64,000 nt of DNA, from positions 2,208,001-2,272,000 of the forward strand of contig CAXXQS010000001.1 in assembly GCA_963674735.2 (NCBI GenBank), given 5' to 3'. The position numbers were made by a program, and so were the translations under genes. Shown in pieces: positions 28,862-36,894 of the stretch (position 1 is the stretch's first letter; each line of letters starts with the position of its first letter). The DNA is from Myxococcota bacterium (GTDB taxonomy: Bacteria; Myxococcota_A; SURF-8). Below the pieces are notes generated by a model. It had not been told where the DNA came from, made no database searches, and saw only the letters and a program-made list of their open reading frames with translations.

Positions 28862-30070
28862 TCAGCCTTTGCGACTGGCGATATCTTCCGCAACCTTTTC
28901 CTGGTCCCAGAAGTAGAACGGGTTGTCGCGCGGGTAGTTCACCATCTGAATCAGAGGCTCCATGTCGATGGCTTTAAGGAACTCACGCATGCCGACCCGG
29001 TTGATCAGTTCGCCAACGCGCTCACGCATCTTGCCATTCTCATCCCACCAATCCCAGATGTTCTCGACCAGCTCTTTAAGCTCGGTATAGGGCGATTCCA
29101 TCTTCATGAAGGGAACCAACACGTGACCAAGAATGGCACCTTCGACGATCGGGGCTTTCGCGCCGATAAGGAGGGTCGCACCACGATCTTCGCCGATGAA
29201 CAACGCTTTGGGCATCACGTTGATGCAATGCATGCAACGGGTACATTCGCTGTTCTGAATCGTCAGCTTCTTGGAAGCGGCATCGTAACGCATGCAGCGA
29301 GTCGGGCACATGAAGACGCATTCTTCCATGATGTCCGTGCCATTGTCGGCATACTCGGCCACCGCCGCATCGTCGATGCGGATGTCGTCGCGCCAGGTGC
29401 CGATGATCGACATGTCCGAACGGGCGATCGAAGCCACGCAGTCGTTGGGACAACCGGAAATCTTGAACTTGAACTTGTACGGCCACATGGGACGATGCAG
29501 CTCGTCCTGATATTCCATGGTCAGGTCTTGGCAAAGATCCATGGTATCGAAGCAGGACCATTCGCAACGAGCTTCGCCGCAGCAGCAGCTCGGCGTACGT
29601 AGGGCCGAACCCGAACCACCGAGATCGTACCCGGCATCCGACAACGCGTTGAAGGTCGGCTGCAGTTCTTCGGATGTGGTTCCGAGCAGAATGATGTCGC
29701 CCGTGGACCCATGCATGTTGGTCAAGCCGCTACCATGCTCATCCCAGATGTCGCAGATGGTGCGTAGCGCTTCAGTGGTGTAAAACCAACCCGCCGGCTG
29801 ATTCACACGAATGGTGTGGAAATGCGCCACGGCCGGAAGCTCTTCGGCCATGTCGGAGTAACGACCAATGACACCGCCGCCGTAGGTGCGCACACCCACG
29901 ATACCGCCGTGCTTCCAGTGGCCGATCCTGTCAACATAGGACTGTTCGAGCTGCGTAATAACCGCTGCGGCCATCTCGCTGGTTTTGGCTGCCTTGCGAA
30001 GCTCGGCAACAAAACTAGGCCAAGGCCCCGTCTCTAGTTGATTAAGTAGAGGAGTTTCTTTGTCTGGCAT
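28862..30070 (-). CDS. dsrA: Dissimilatory sulfite reductase alpha subunit
   Basis: [23 protein letters not shown], Cx5C (CCGEARC), [22 protein letters not shown]. Confidence 0.98.
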   Translation of the reverse strand: MPDKETPLLNQLETGPWPSFVAELRKAAKTSEMAAAVITQLEQSYVDRIGHWKHGGIVGVRTYGGGVIGRYSDMAEELPAVAHFHTIRVNQPAGWFYTTEALRTICDIWDEHGSGLTNMHGSTGDIILLGTTSEELQPTFNALSDAGYDLGGSGSALRTPSCCCGEARCEWSCFDTMDLCQDLTMEYQDELHRPMWPYKFKFKISGCPNDCVASIARSDMSIIGTWRDDIRIDDAAVAEYADNGTDIMEECVFMCPTRCMRYDAASKKLTIQNSECTRCMHCINVMPKALFIGEDRGATLLIGAKAPIVEGAILGHVLVPFMKMESPYTELKELVENIWDWWDENGKMRERVGELINRVGMREFLKAIDMEPLIQMVNYPRDNPFYFWDQEKVAEDIASRKG

Positions 30071-30270
30071 GAACTCATTCCTCCTTGTGAAAAGAGATGC
30101 TGTCTTTTTAAGGTATGGACATCATCAACACTAAGTAAAAGCAACAAACCCAAATGGTTGTCGTACTCCGTATCATTCAACGAACCGCGAACGGGCCGCC
30201 GATAGAAAGTTTATTACGCCTGTTAAAGAGCTGTAATAAAACCGAATCTCGGGATGAAAAACCAAGCGAC

Positions 30271-30299
30271 ATTATCACTGCAAGTAATCAACCGTCCAA
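30271..30299 (-). promoter_or_regulatory. Putative dsrAB promoter
   Basis: Minus strand TTGGAC-N17-GATAAT in the AT-rich dsrD-dsrA spacer. Confidence 0.35.
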
Positions 30300-30404
30300 T
30301 AAGAAATGAGTATGATTAGTATAACGAGCCGCTATGGTAACGGAACTTGAATCAAGTGCCAAGACCGCCACGCGCCCTACCCGCGGTTCGTCAACTGTTG
30401 ATAG

Positions 30405-30442
30405 AAAAAAACGTTGGGCCGATGATGTATCCGGCCCAACGT
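30405..30442 (-). terminator. Intrinsic terminator after dsrD
   Basis: Minus strand ACGTTGGGCCG-loop-CGGCCCAACGT followed by a T run. Confidence 0.75.
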
Positions 30443-30464
30443 CCACGAAAAATCTCTTAACGAA

Positions 30465-30695
30465 TTACTCGCGATAATACTCAGGAAGCACCAACATGGT
30501 CGTGCTGCCGCTGGACCAGTACATCAAGCGATCCTCTGCAGTAAGCTCATTCACGGCCTTCTGCACGTCGCGCTTTTTGTAATCCTCGGCAACCATGGCC
30601 TGCACGATATCACGCATGTAGAATTTCTTCTTGGCGCCCTTGGATTTTTCTTCGAACCAACCAATGACCTTGTCTTTCAGTTCGGCATCCGCCAT
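30465..30695 (-). CDS. dsrD: DsrD, DsrAB activator
   Basis: 76 aa; KKKFY..D..., V..L..E..LMYWSSGSTTM signature; AGGAG RBS. Confidence 0.9.
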   Translation of the reverse strand: MADAELKDKVIGWFEEKSKGAKKKFYMRDIVQAMVAEDYKKRDVQKAVNELTAEDRLMYWSSGSTTMLVLPEYYRE

Positions 30696-30798
30696 GTTCA
30701 TTCTCCTTCGAGCTGATTTATGGGTAATCGAAGTGGCACCGACTCATGTCGGTCTACCGCAGCCGCTTGGTAATGTCAACTTTCTTTTGAATGGCTAT

Positions 30799-32349
30799 TC
30801 ATTTTTTTATCGAACGCGGGGCCGTAGAGCGCTGAAACTGCTCGACAACCAAGTCCACCATCGCATCAACGGCGGGCTGTTCCGGCACACACACCGAATT
30901 CACTCCTGTCTTAACCAGCGATTCAGATGTTTTGTTCCCGATACAGGCCCAAATGATGCCGTTTGGATTTTCGAATAGTCCTGGGGCCGCCCGATGTAAA
31001 GCCTGAACACCGCTACCGGAAAGGAACAGGATGGCTTCCGGCGTCCAGTTGGCCAGCTTCACGGTAAGGAAATTAACATCAAGTGAGACAGAATCGTACA
31101 AATCGACGGGAACGGGGGTGTAGCCCGCTTTGATCATGGCTTTGGGTAAACTCTGATCGGCGGCCGAGCTTCTCGGCAACAAAACCCGCGACCCGGTGGG
31201 AAGCCCTCCCGCCTGCAGCATCTTGGCCAATTGTCCGGCTCCGGTTTTCTCGGGAGTCAGATCGGCCATAACTCCTTGTCGCCGCAAAGCCTCTAAAACC
31301 GTGGGACTGGCGGCAGCCAAGGTGTGCTGAGCCAAACGACGCACGTCCATGCCGATTCGATTCAGACGTTTGAAGAAAAGGTCGACGGCAATGGCGCTTG
31401 TGAACGCGATGGCATCAACTTGATCCAACTCGTCAATTGCCCGATCGATGGCCGGATCCTCCCGGCGCTCTTCGGCACTTACGACCGGAAGGTCCAGCAC
31501 TTCCGCACCCATCAAGCGCAATCGATGAACCGCTTCATACTGCGATTCCGCGGCCCGCGTAAACAAAACACGCTTACCCGCCAAGGGCCGGTCCGGCAGC
31601 CAGGCCAGCTCTTGGGCAAGATTCACCACGTTCCCGACCACCAGCAGTCCGGGCGGTCGAATTCCCGCCTCGCGGGCCTTTGCGGCGATCGAAGCCAGAT
31701 CGGAAATGATTTCGCGCTGCGCGCCGGTGGTCGCCCGTTCTAAAACCATGGCGGGCATCTCGGCACTTAATCCATGCTTCACCAGTTCGCCCGATACGGT
31801 TTCCAGGGAAGCGACTCCCATATAAAAAACGAGGGTATGATCGAGACGCGCCAAGGCTTCCCAAGGCAGATCCACTTGTTTATCTTTGGCGAAATGGGCG
31901 GTCATAACGGTCAGCCCACGTGAAACCTCCCGATGCGTGACCGGCACTCCTGCATAAGCGGTTCCGGCGATTCCCGCCGTTGCACCGGGGACAACTTCAT
32001 AGGGCACCCCGGCGAGTGCGAGTGCCTGGCACTCTTCACCGCCACGGCCGAAGACGAAAGGATCTCCCCCCTTCAAACGCACCACACGCTTGCCCTCTTG
32101 TGCTTTTTTTACCAGCAGCGCACAGATTTCCTCTTGCGGCAAGGCATGACATCCCGAGCTTTTGCCCACAAAAATTTTCTCCGGCGCACTCGACAACGCC
32201 ACGAACTCATCGGCCATCAGGTTGTCATACACAAGCACGTCGCACCGCGTGATAAGGTGCATCCCCCGTAGCGTAATAAGTCCCGGATCACCCGGTCCCG
32301 CTCCCACCAGCGCCACGTAGCCGATCTGCGTTGTTTTGCTTTCGCTCAT
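30799..32349 (-). CDS. cobA: Uroporphyrinogen-III C-methyltransferase / uroporphyrinogen-III synthase fusion (CobA-HemD)
   Basis: LVGAGPGDPGLIT, RLKGGDPFVFGRGGEE; C-terminal HemD domain (PLAGKRVLFTR, FTSA, CIGNKT). Confidence 0.92.
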   Translation of the reverse strand: MSESKTTQIGYVALVGAGPGDPGLITLRGMHLITRCDVLVYDNLMADEFVALSSAPEKIFVGKSSGCHALPQEEICALLVKKAQEGKRVVRLKGGDPFVFGRGGEECQALALAGVPYEVVPGATAGIAGTAYAGVPVTHREVSRGLTVMTAHFAKDKQVDLPWEALARLDHTLVFYMGVASLETVSGELVKHGLSAEMPAMVLERATTGAQREIISDLASIAAKAREAGIRPPGLLVVGNVVNLAQELAWLPDRPLAGKRVLFTRAAESQYEAVHRLRLMGAEVLDLPVVSAEERREDPAIDRAIDELDQVDAIAFTSAIAVDLFFKRLNRIGMDVRRLAQHTLAAASPTVLEALRRQGVMADLTPEKTGAGQLAKMLQAGGLPTGSRVLLPRSSAADQSLPKAMIKAGYTPVPVDLYDSVSLDVNFLTVKLANWTPEAILFLSGSGVQALHRAAPGLFENPNGIIWACIGNKTSESLVKTGVNSVCVPEQPAVDAMVDLVVEQFQRSTAPRSIKK

Positions 32350-32362
32350 GTTACCGATAACC

Positions 32363-33013
32363 TTAGCTATGTTTGTTGTCTAAAACCTGCTGTATTTCGC
32401 CCAACAACACATTTTCCGCCTCGGCTTCCCGACCTTCCAACCACAAACTCAGTGCGGTGGATTGCGCCAGTCTTTCCCCCGCCGCCTGGACCAAGTCGGG
32501 TCGGCGTGCGCGCACGGACTCTCGCAACTCTCCCAGACGAGCGACATAACGGGATAAACTTTGCGGATAACGCTCTTCCAATTCGTGCCGGATACGCCGA
32601 GCCAACGCAGGCGCATTTCCGTGGGTTGAGATAGCCAGTGTCAGAGGATGCCGATCCACGATGGAAGGCACGTAAAAATCGCACAACTCCGGCATGTCAA
32701 CGGCATTGACCCAGATTCCGCTTTGGCGCGCCAGTTGGGATACCCGTTCGTTCAACCCGCGATTGGCCGTGGCCGCCACAACCAAGCGAGCACCCTCCAA
32801 ATCGGACTCGCTAAAGTCACGCAAGAAAAGGCGGATTCTCCCGTGTTGCTCCATGGTCTCGACGACCGGAGACGCATCGCGAGCCACAACGGTCACACTG
32901 GCACCGCAGCGCAACAGCGACTCGATTTTACGTGACGCCACGCGACCGGCACCCACGACCAGGACAGGTTGTTGGTCAAGTTTCAGAAAAAAAGGATAAA
33001 GCGGAGCGGGCAT
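32363..33013 (-). CDS. Precorrin-2 dehydrogenase / sirohydrochlorin ferrochelatase (SirC/Met8/CysG-N type)
   Basis: VLVVGAGRVASRKI, VNAVDMPELCDFYVPS, AISTHGNAPALA. Confidence 0.88.
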   Translation of the reverse strand: MPAPLYPFFLKLDQQPVLVVGAGRVASRKIESLLRCGASVTVVARDASPVVETMEQHGRIRLFLRDFSESDLEGARLVVAATANRGLNERVSQLARQSGIWVNAVDMPELCDFYVPSIVDRHPLTLAISTHGNAPALARRIRHELEERYPQSLSRYVARLGELRESVRARRPDLVQAAGERLAQSTALSLWLEGREAEAENVLLGEIQQVLDNKHS

Positions 33014-33053
33014 TTATGCAGCTTTCGTCCAGACAATCCCCGAATTCCGCGTG

Positions 33054-33082
33054 AGCATACAAAGCCCGCCTCCGAATTTCAA
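33054..33082 (-). promoter_or_regulatory. Putative sigma70 promoter of the siroheme genes
   Basis: Minus strand TTGAAA-N17-TATGCT. Confidence 0.5.
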
Positions 33083-33196
33083 GTCAAATCTAAAATTTCC
33101 ACAAAGTCTTTTCAGTTTCGCCCTACGTAAAACAACAATCGGTTATGGCTGTTATTACTATTTGTTATTTTCTATCAAACCCCTAATTCGTTAACT

Positions 33197-33211
33197 TTGT
33201 AATCGTTATGA
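33197..33211. promoter_or_regulatory. Possible PerR/Fur-family box
   Basis: TTGTAATCGTTATGA, 3 mismatches to TTATAAT-N-ATTATAA, upstream of the oxidative-stress operon. Confidence 0.3.
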
Positions 33212-33314
33212 GTTCCGCCCGAGGCAAACACGGGGAAATCGACCTGCACTGAGCTGTACGGGGATGGAATCGCGATCCATCTTGACCGAGTCACAGCAAT
33301 AGAAGGGAAGTTAC

Positions 33315-34019
33315 ATGAAGTCTATCACCCCGGAAGAGCTTGCAAAAAACGATGGGAAAGAAGGCCGCCCCGCCTATGTCGCCCACGATGGCAAGGTCTA
33401 CGACGTCACGAACAGCCGTCTATGGAAAGACGGTCAGCACATGCGCAGTCATCCGGCTGGAGCCAATCTTTCACTCGAATTACAGGCCGCTCCGCATGGC
33501 ACGGTTGTACTCGAACGCATGGAACTGGTCGGCGAACTCGCGCAGCCGCAACCGACCGATACAATAGCCGAATTTCCACAGCCCGGGGCTTTGGCTGCGG
33601 CCATCTTGAAGCGTCATCCGCATCCGATATCAGTGCATTTTCCCATCGCGCTGTGTTTGGCTGCGGCCATCTTTACCGTGATCGGCGTCCTATTCGATCT
33701 CCCGGCGCTGGAAGCGACCGCTTTTTATAACCTCATCTTCGCCTTTTTAGCTGCTCCGGGAGCCGTGGCAACCGGCCTTCTAAGCTGGACTTACAACTAC
33801 GGGGCCATCTGGACACCCATTTACAAGAAGAAGGCTCTTTTATCCGTGCTTTTGGGTATTGTTCTGCTTGGCGCTCTGGGAACTCGACTCGCCGCGTTCG
33901 GCGGTGGTGCATCCGCAGATATATTGCTATGGACTTACCGAGCTCTGACGATTGTTTCCGCTCCCATCGTCATGGGGCTTGGCTTCTTAGGCGGTCGCAT
34001 CACTTTCCCGTCCGAATAA
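33315..34019 (+). CDS. Cytochrome b5-like heme-binding domain fused to DUF2231-like membrane domain
   Basis: ELAKNDGKEGRPAYVAHDGKVYDVT..W..G.HM..H.AG..APHG; HPHPISVHFPIAL plus 4 TM helices. Confidence 0.8.
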   Translation: MKSITPEELAKNDGKEGRPAYVAHDGKVYDVTNSRLWKDGQHMRSHPAGANLSLELQAAPHGTVVLERMELVGELAQPQPTDTIAEFPQPGALAAAILKRHPHPISVHFPIALCLAAAIFTVIGVLFDLPALEATAFYNLIFAFLAAPGAVATGLLSWTYNYGAIWTPIYKKKALLSVLLGIVLLGALGTRLAAFGGGASADILLWTYRALTIVSAPIVMGLGFLGGRITFPSE

Positions 34020-34035
34020 CGTAAAGGATCAGGTA

Positions 34036-34272
34036 ATGTCGCGTGAAGAAATAAAAGGATTGGATCGAATGATCGAAGTGGTGCTGCGCTCCATCCCCAA
34101 GGAACGGGAAGCACACAACCTATATTTGAACACATCGAAATCGGCCATCAATGAGATGACCCGTCTTCTTTTCGAAAAACTGGCCCAACAGGAAATGGAA
34201 CATGAAACGAAACTGAGGGCGATATTGGAGCTTTTAAGGAACGAAAAAAAACGGCTTTCTGAAAAAGGCTGA
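34036..34272 (+). CDS. Small half-ferritin/rubrerythrin-like protein (78 aa)
   Basis: KEREAHNLY...LFEKLAQQEMEHETKL, a single E..ExxH helix pair. Confidence 0.7.
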   Translation: MSREEIKGLDRMIEVVLRSIPKEREAHNLYLNTSKSAINEMTRLLFEKLAQQEMEHETKLRAILELLRNEKKRLSEKG

Positions 34273-34344
34273 ATGAGTAGAACAAAATTCCGTCGAGAAG
34301 CACGGAAAAAACGGTAAAACAATCAAACAGCCGGAAGGAGGTGA

Positions 34345-34785
34345 ATGATGCCGACAACGAAAGAAATTCATCAGGAACTGGTTCGGAACCTTAAGCAGTG
34401 GCAAAAAGTCGAAAACGCTTCCATCACCCAAACGGCGAAAGTTTTAGCGGAAACCGAAAATCCCCTCATTCGATTCGTGATGGAGATTATCCAGCGCGAC
34501 TCCAATTTCCATCACCGCATTCAACAACTGATGATCGACAGCTTGGAAAAAGAGCCAATTCAGTTGCAGGTCGAAGAGTTGGAAAGGATATGGGGGACCA
34601 TCGAACGCCATATCGAAATCGAAAAACGTACCATCGCCTTCGGCGAGGCCGTTCATACGCTGCTTGGGAAGAGTTCGACCGATGCAACGCTTCAATACAT
34701 GCTCTCCTATCTGCTGAAGGATGAACAGAAGCATGAGAAGCTTCTATCAGACCTTGCCTTGATCAAACAAGGCATGTATCCATGA
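34345..34785 (+). CDS. Ferritin-like four-helix protein
   Basis: WQKVE..RDSNFH..HIEIEK..LLKDEQKHEKLL; AGGAGG RBS. Confidence 0.7.
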   Translation: MMPTTKEIHQELVRNLKQWQKVENASITQTAKVLAETENPLIRFVMEIIQRDSNFHHRIQQLMIDSLEKEPIQLQVEELERIWGTIERHIEIEKRTIAFGEAVHTLLGKSSTDATLQYMLSYLLKDEQKHEKLLSDLALIKQGMYP

Positions 34786-34843
34786 CGTAAAGAATATTGA
34801 AAATCGTTCTGAACAAACGAAAATCGAATGAAAGGAAGTAAGG

Positions 34844-35419
34844 ATGCCGGATATCAAAGGAACGCAAACCGAAAAGAATCTGCTGAAGGCCTTTGCGGGT
34901 GAATCCCAGGCACGTAACCGCTACACCTATTTCGTAGGCGCTGCGAAAAAAGAAGGTTACGTACAAATCGCCGACATTTTTGAAGAAACCGCCAACCAGG
35001 AAAAGGAGCACGCCAAACGTTTCTTCAAATTCCTGCAAGGTGGCATGGTCGAAATTACTGCCGAATTCCCAGCAGGTAAAGTCGGTACCACATTGGAAAA
35101 CCTGCTGGCGGCGGCCGCCGGTGAAAACGAAGAACACACGATCCTGTACCCCGAATTCGCCAAGGTTGCCCGTGAAGAAGGCTTCGAAGCGGTCGCGAAA
35201 GTTTTCGAAGCGGTGTGTGTCGCTGAGAAACAACACGAAAAGCGTTATCGGGATCTCGCCAAGAACATCGAAGATGGAACCGTCTTCAAGAAAGGTAGCA
35301 CCATCGTTTGGCGCTGCCGGAACTGTGGTTACCTGCACGAGGGAACCGAAGCTCCTGAAGCTTGCCCGGCCTGCGCCCATCCGAAGGCCCACTTCGAAGT
35401 GTTGGGTGAAAACTGGTAA
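34844..35419 (+). CDS. rbr: Rubrerythrin
   Basis: AFAGESQARNRY, QEKEHAKR, GENEEH, AEKQHEKRY, WRCRNCG..CPACAHP. Confidence 0.96.
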   Translation: MPDIKGTQTEKNLLKAFAGESQARNRYTYFVGAAKKEGYVQIADIFEETANQEKEHAKRFFKFLQGGMVEITAEFPAGKVGTTLENLLAAAAGENEEHTILYPEFAKVAREEGFEAVAKVFEAVCVAEKQHEKRYRDLAKNIEDGTVFKKGSTIVWRCRNCGYLHEGTEAPEACPACAHPKAHFEVLGENW

Positions 35420-35428
35420 TTCCAAATC

Positions 35429-35461
35429 GACCGGCGGAATTCTTTCGTGTTTCCGCCGGTC
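35429..35461 (+). terminator. Intra-operon hairpin after rbr
   Basis: GACCGGCGGAA...TTCCGCCGGTC followed by TTAATTTT. Confidence 0.5.
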
Positions 35462-35486
35462 TTAATTTTGAACATGAGGATTGCCC

Positions 35487-35942
35487 ATGAAAACCTTCAA
35501 ATCAGTAGAAGAGCTGTTGGACTTCGCCATTGCGGAAGAAGTTGCTGCTGCCGACTTTTACCGCGGCCTAGCCGACAAAATGGAGTCCGAATGGATGAAG
35601 AAAGCTTTTCACGACTTCGCCAGAGAAGAGATGGGCCATAAGGCCAAACTCGAAGCGATCAAACGCGGGGGAAAATTAAAGGCTTCGGAAGGCAAAATCC
35701 TGGATCTTAAAATCGCCGAATATGTCGTAGACAGCGCACCGACACCCGAAATGGACTACTCCCAAGCTCTTATTCTCGCGATGAAAAAAGAAAAAGCGTC
35801 TTTCAAAATGTATCTCGATCTGGCCCAGTCGGTGGATGATCTGGACCTCTACGAGACGTTGATGGCCCTTGCCCGTGAAGAGGCTCAGCACAAGGTGCGC
35901 TTCGAAATCGAATACGACGACGAAGTATTATCCGAAAACTAG
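35487..35942 (+). CDS. Rubrerythrin-domain (erythrin-like) ferritin-family protein without rubredoxin
   Basis: FAIAEE..FY..EEMGH..KKEKAS..Y..EEAQH. Confidence 0.85.
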   Translation: MKTFKSVEELLDFAIAEEVAAADFYRGLADKMESEWMKKAFHDFAREEMGHKAKLEAIKRGGKLKASEGKILDLKIAEYVVDSAPTPEMDYSQALILAMKKEKASFKMYLDLAQSVDDLDLYETLMALAREEAQHKVRFEIEYDDEVLSEN

Positions 35943-35987
35943 GCATAATCTAGAAGCAACGGCAATCCATATACGGGAGGAAAAACA

Positions 35988-36362
35988 ATGACGAAGCGTC
36001 TTGAAGTTTATCTTTGTGGTGTCTGCGGCAATATGGTCGAAGTGGTTCGTGAAGCGGGCGGCGCACTGGTTTGCTGTGGCCAGGAAATGAGCCTGAAAAC
36101 CGAGAACACCACCGATGCCGCGACGGAAAAACACGTTCCGGTTATCGAGAAAGTGGACGGTGGCTACAAAGTTACCGTAGGTAGCGTCAGCCACCCGATG
36201 GAAGACAAGCATTACATCGAATGGATCGAGCTGCTGGCCGACAACAAAGCCTATCGTCAATTCCTCAACCCAGGTGAAGCGCCGACTGCGTTCTTCAACG
36301 TTGACGCCGAAAACGTGGCGGCGCGCGAATATTGCAATTTGCACGGACTATGGAGAAAATAA
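35988..36362 (+). CDS. dfx: Desulfoferrodoxin (2Fe superoxide reductase)
   Basis: [31 protein letters not shown]. Confidence 0.96.
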   Translation: MTKRLEVYLCGVCGNMVEVVREAGGALVCCGQEMSLKTENTTDAATEKHVPVIEKVDGGYKVTVGSVSHPMEDKHYIEWIELLADNKAYRQFLNPGEAPTAFFNVDAENVAAREYCNLHGLWRK

Positions 36363-36365
36363 ACG

Positions 36366-36878
36366 ATGTTAAGCGATAAAATGCAGGAAAAGCTGAATGA
36401 TCAGTTAAACTTCGAAGCCTTTTCCGCCTACATTTACATGGCGATGTCGGCCTATTTCGAAAGCATGGATCTTCCGGGTTTCTCCAATTGGATGCGCATA
36501 CAAACCCAGGAAGAGCTTTTTCATTCTTCCAAGTTCTTCGATTACATCAACGACCGGGATGGCCGCGTCGTTCTCAAGCAAATCGATGGACCGCCGACCG
36601 AATGGGAATCACCGTTGGCCGCTTTCGAGGATGCTCTCAAACACGAAAAGATTGTGACAAGCCGAATCCACGCTCTCGCCAAAATGGCCATGGAAGAAGG
36701 CGATCAGGCCACCTACACTTTCCTGCAGTGGTTTGTCAACGAACAAATCGAAGAAGAAGCCAATGTGCGCACGATCGTGCAGCATCTGAAAATGGTCGGG
36801 AAAGAAGGATACGGGCTTTTCATGCTTGACCGCGAACTTGGACAACGTGTCTTCACGATGCCCACGACAACCGCTTAG
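36366..36878 (+). CDS. ftnA: Non-heme ferritin
   Basis: Q.NFE..S.YIY..MS, QEELFH, HEKIVT, FLQWFVNEQIEEE. Confidence 0.93.
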   Translation: MLSDKMQEKLNDQLNFEAFSAYIYMAMSAYFESMDLPGFSNWMRIQTQEELFHSSKFFDYINDRDGRVVLKQIDGPPTEWESPLAAFEDALKHEKIVTSRIHALAKMAMEEGDQATYTFLQWFVNEQIEEEANVRTIVQHLKMVGKEGYGLFMLDRELGQRVFTMPTTTA

Positions 36879-36894
36879 TTCAGGCAAGCAAATT

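Noticed and set aside
27772-29602. Long plus-strand ORFs (361 aa, 256 aa) opposite dsrB and dsrA
   Set aside because: Antisense shadows of highly biased coding genes; no motifs or RBS
30085-30102. Rex operator upstream of dsrA
   Set aside because: Only one TTGTGAA half-site; no matching TTCACAA
33221-33300. Resemblance to c-di-GMP-I (GGCAAAC..GAAA) or fluoride (GGGGATGG) riboswitch
   Set aside because: The required downstream conserved elements and pairings are missing
34036-34272. Encapsulin cargo (EncFtn) system
   Set aside because: No encapsulin shell gene or targeting peptide visible; kept only as a half-ferritin
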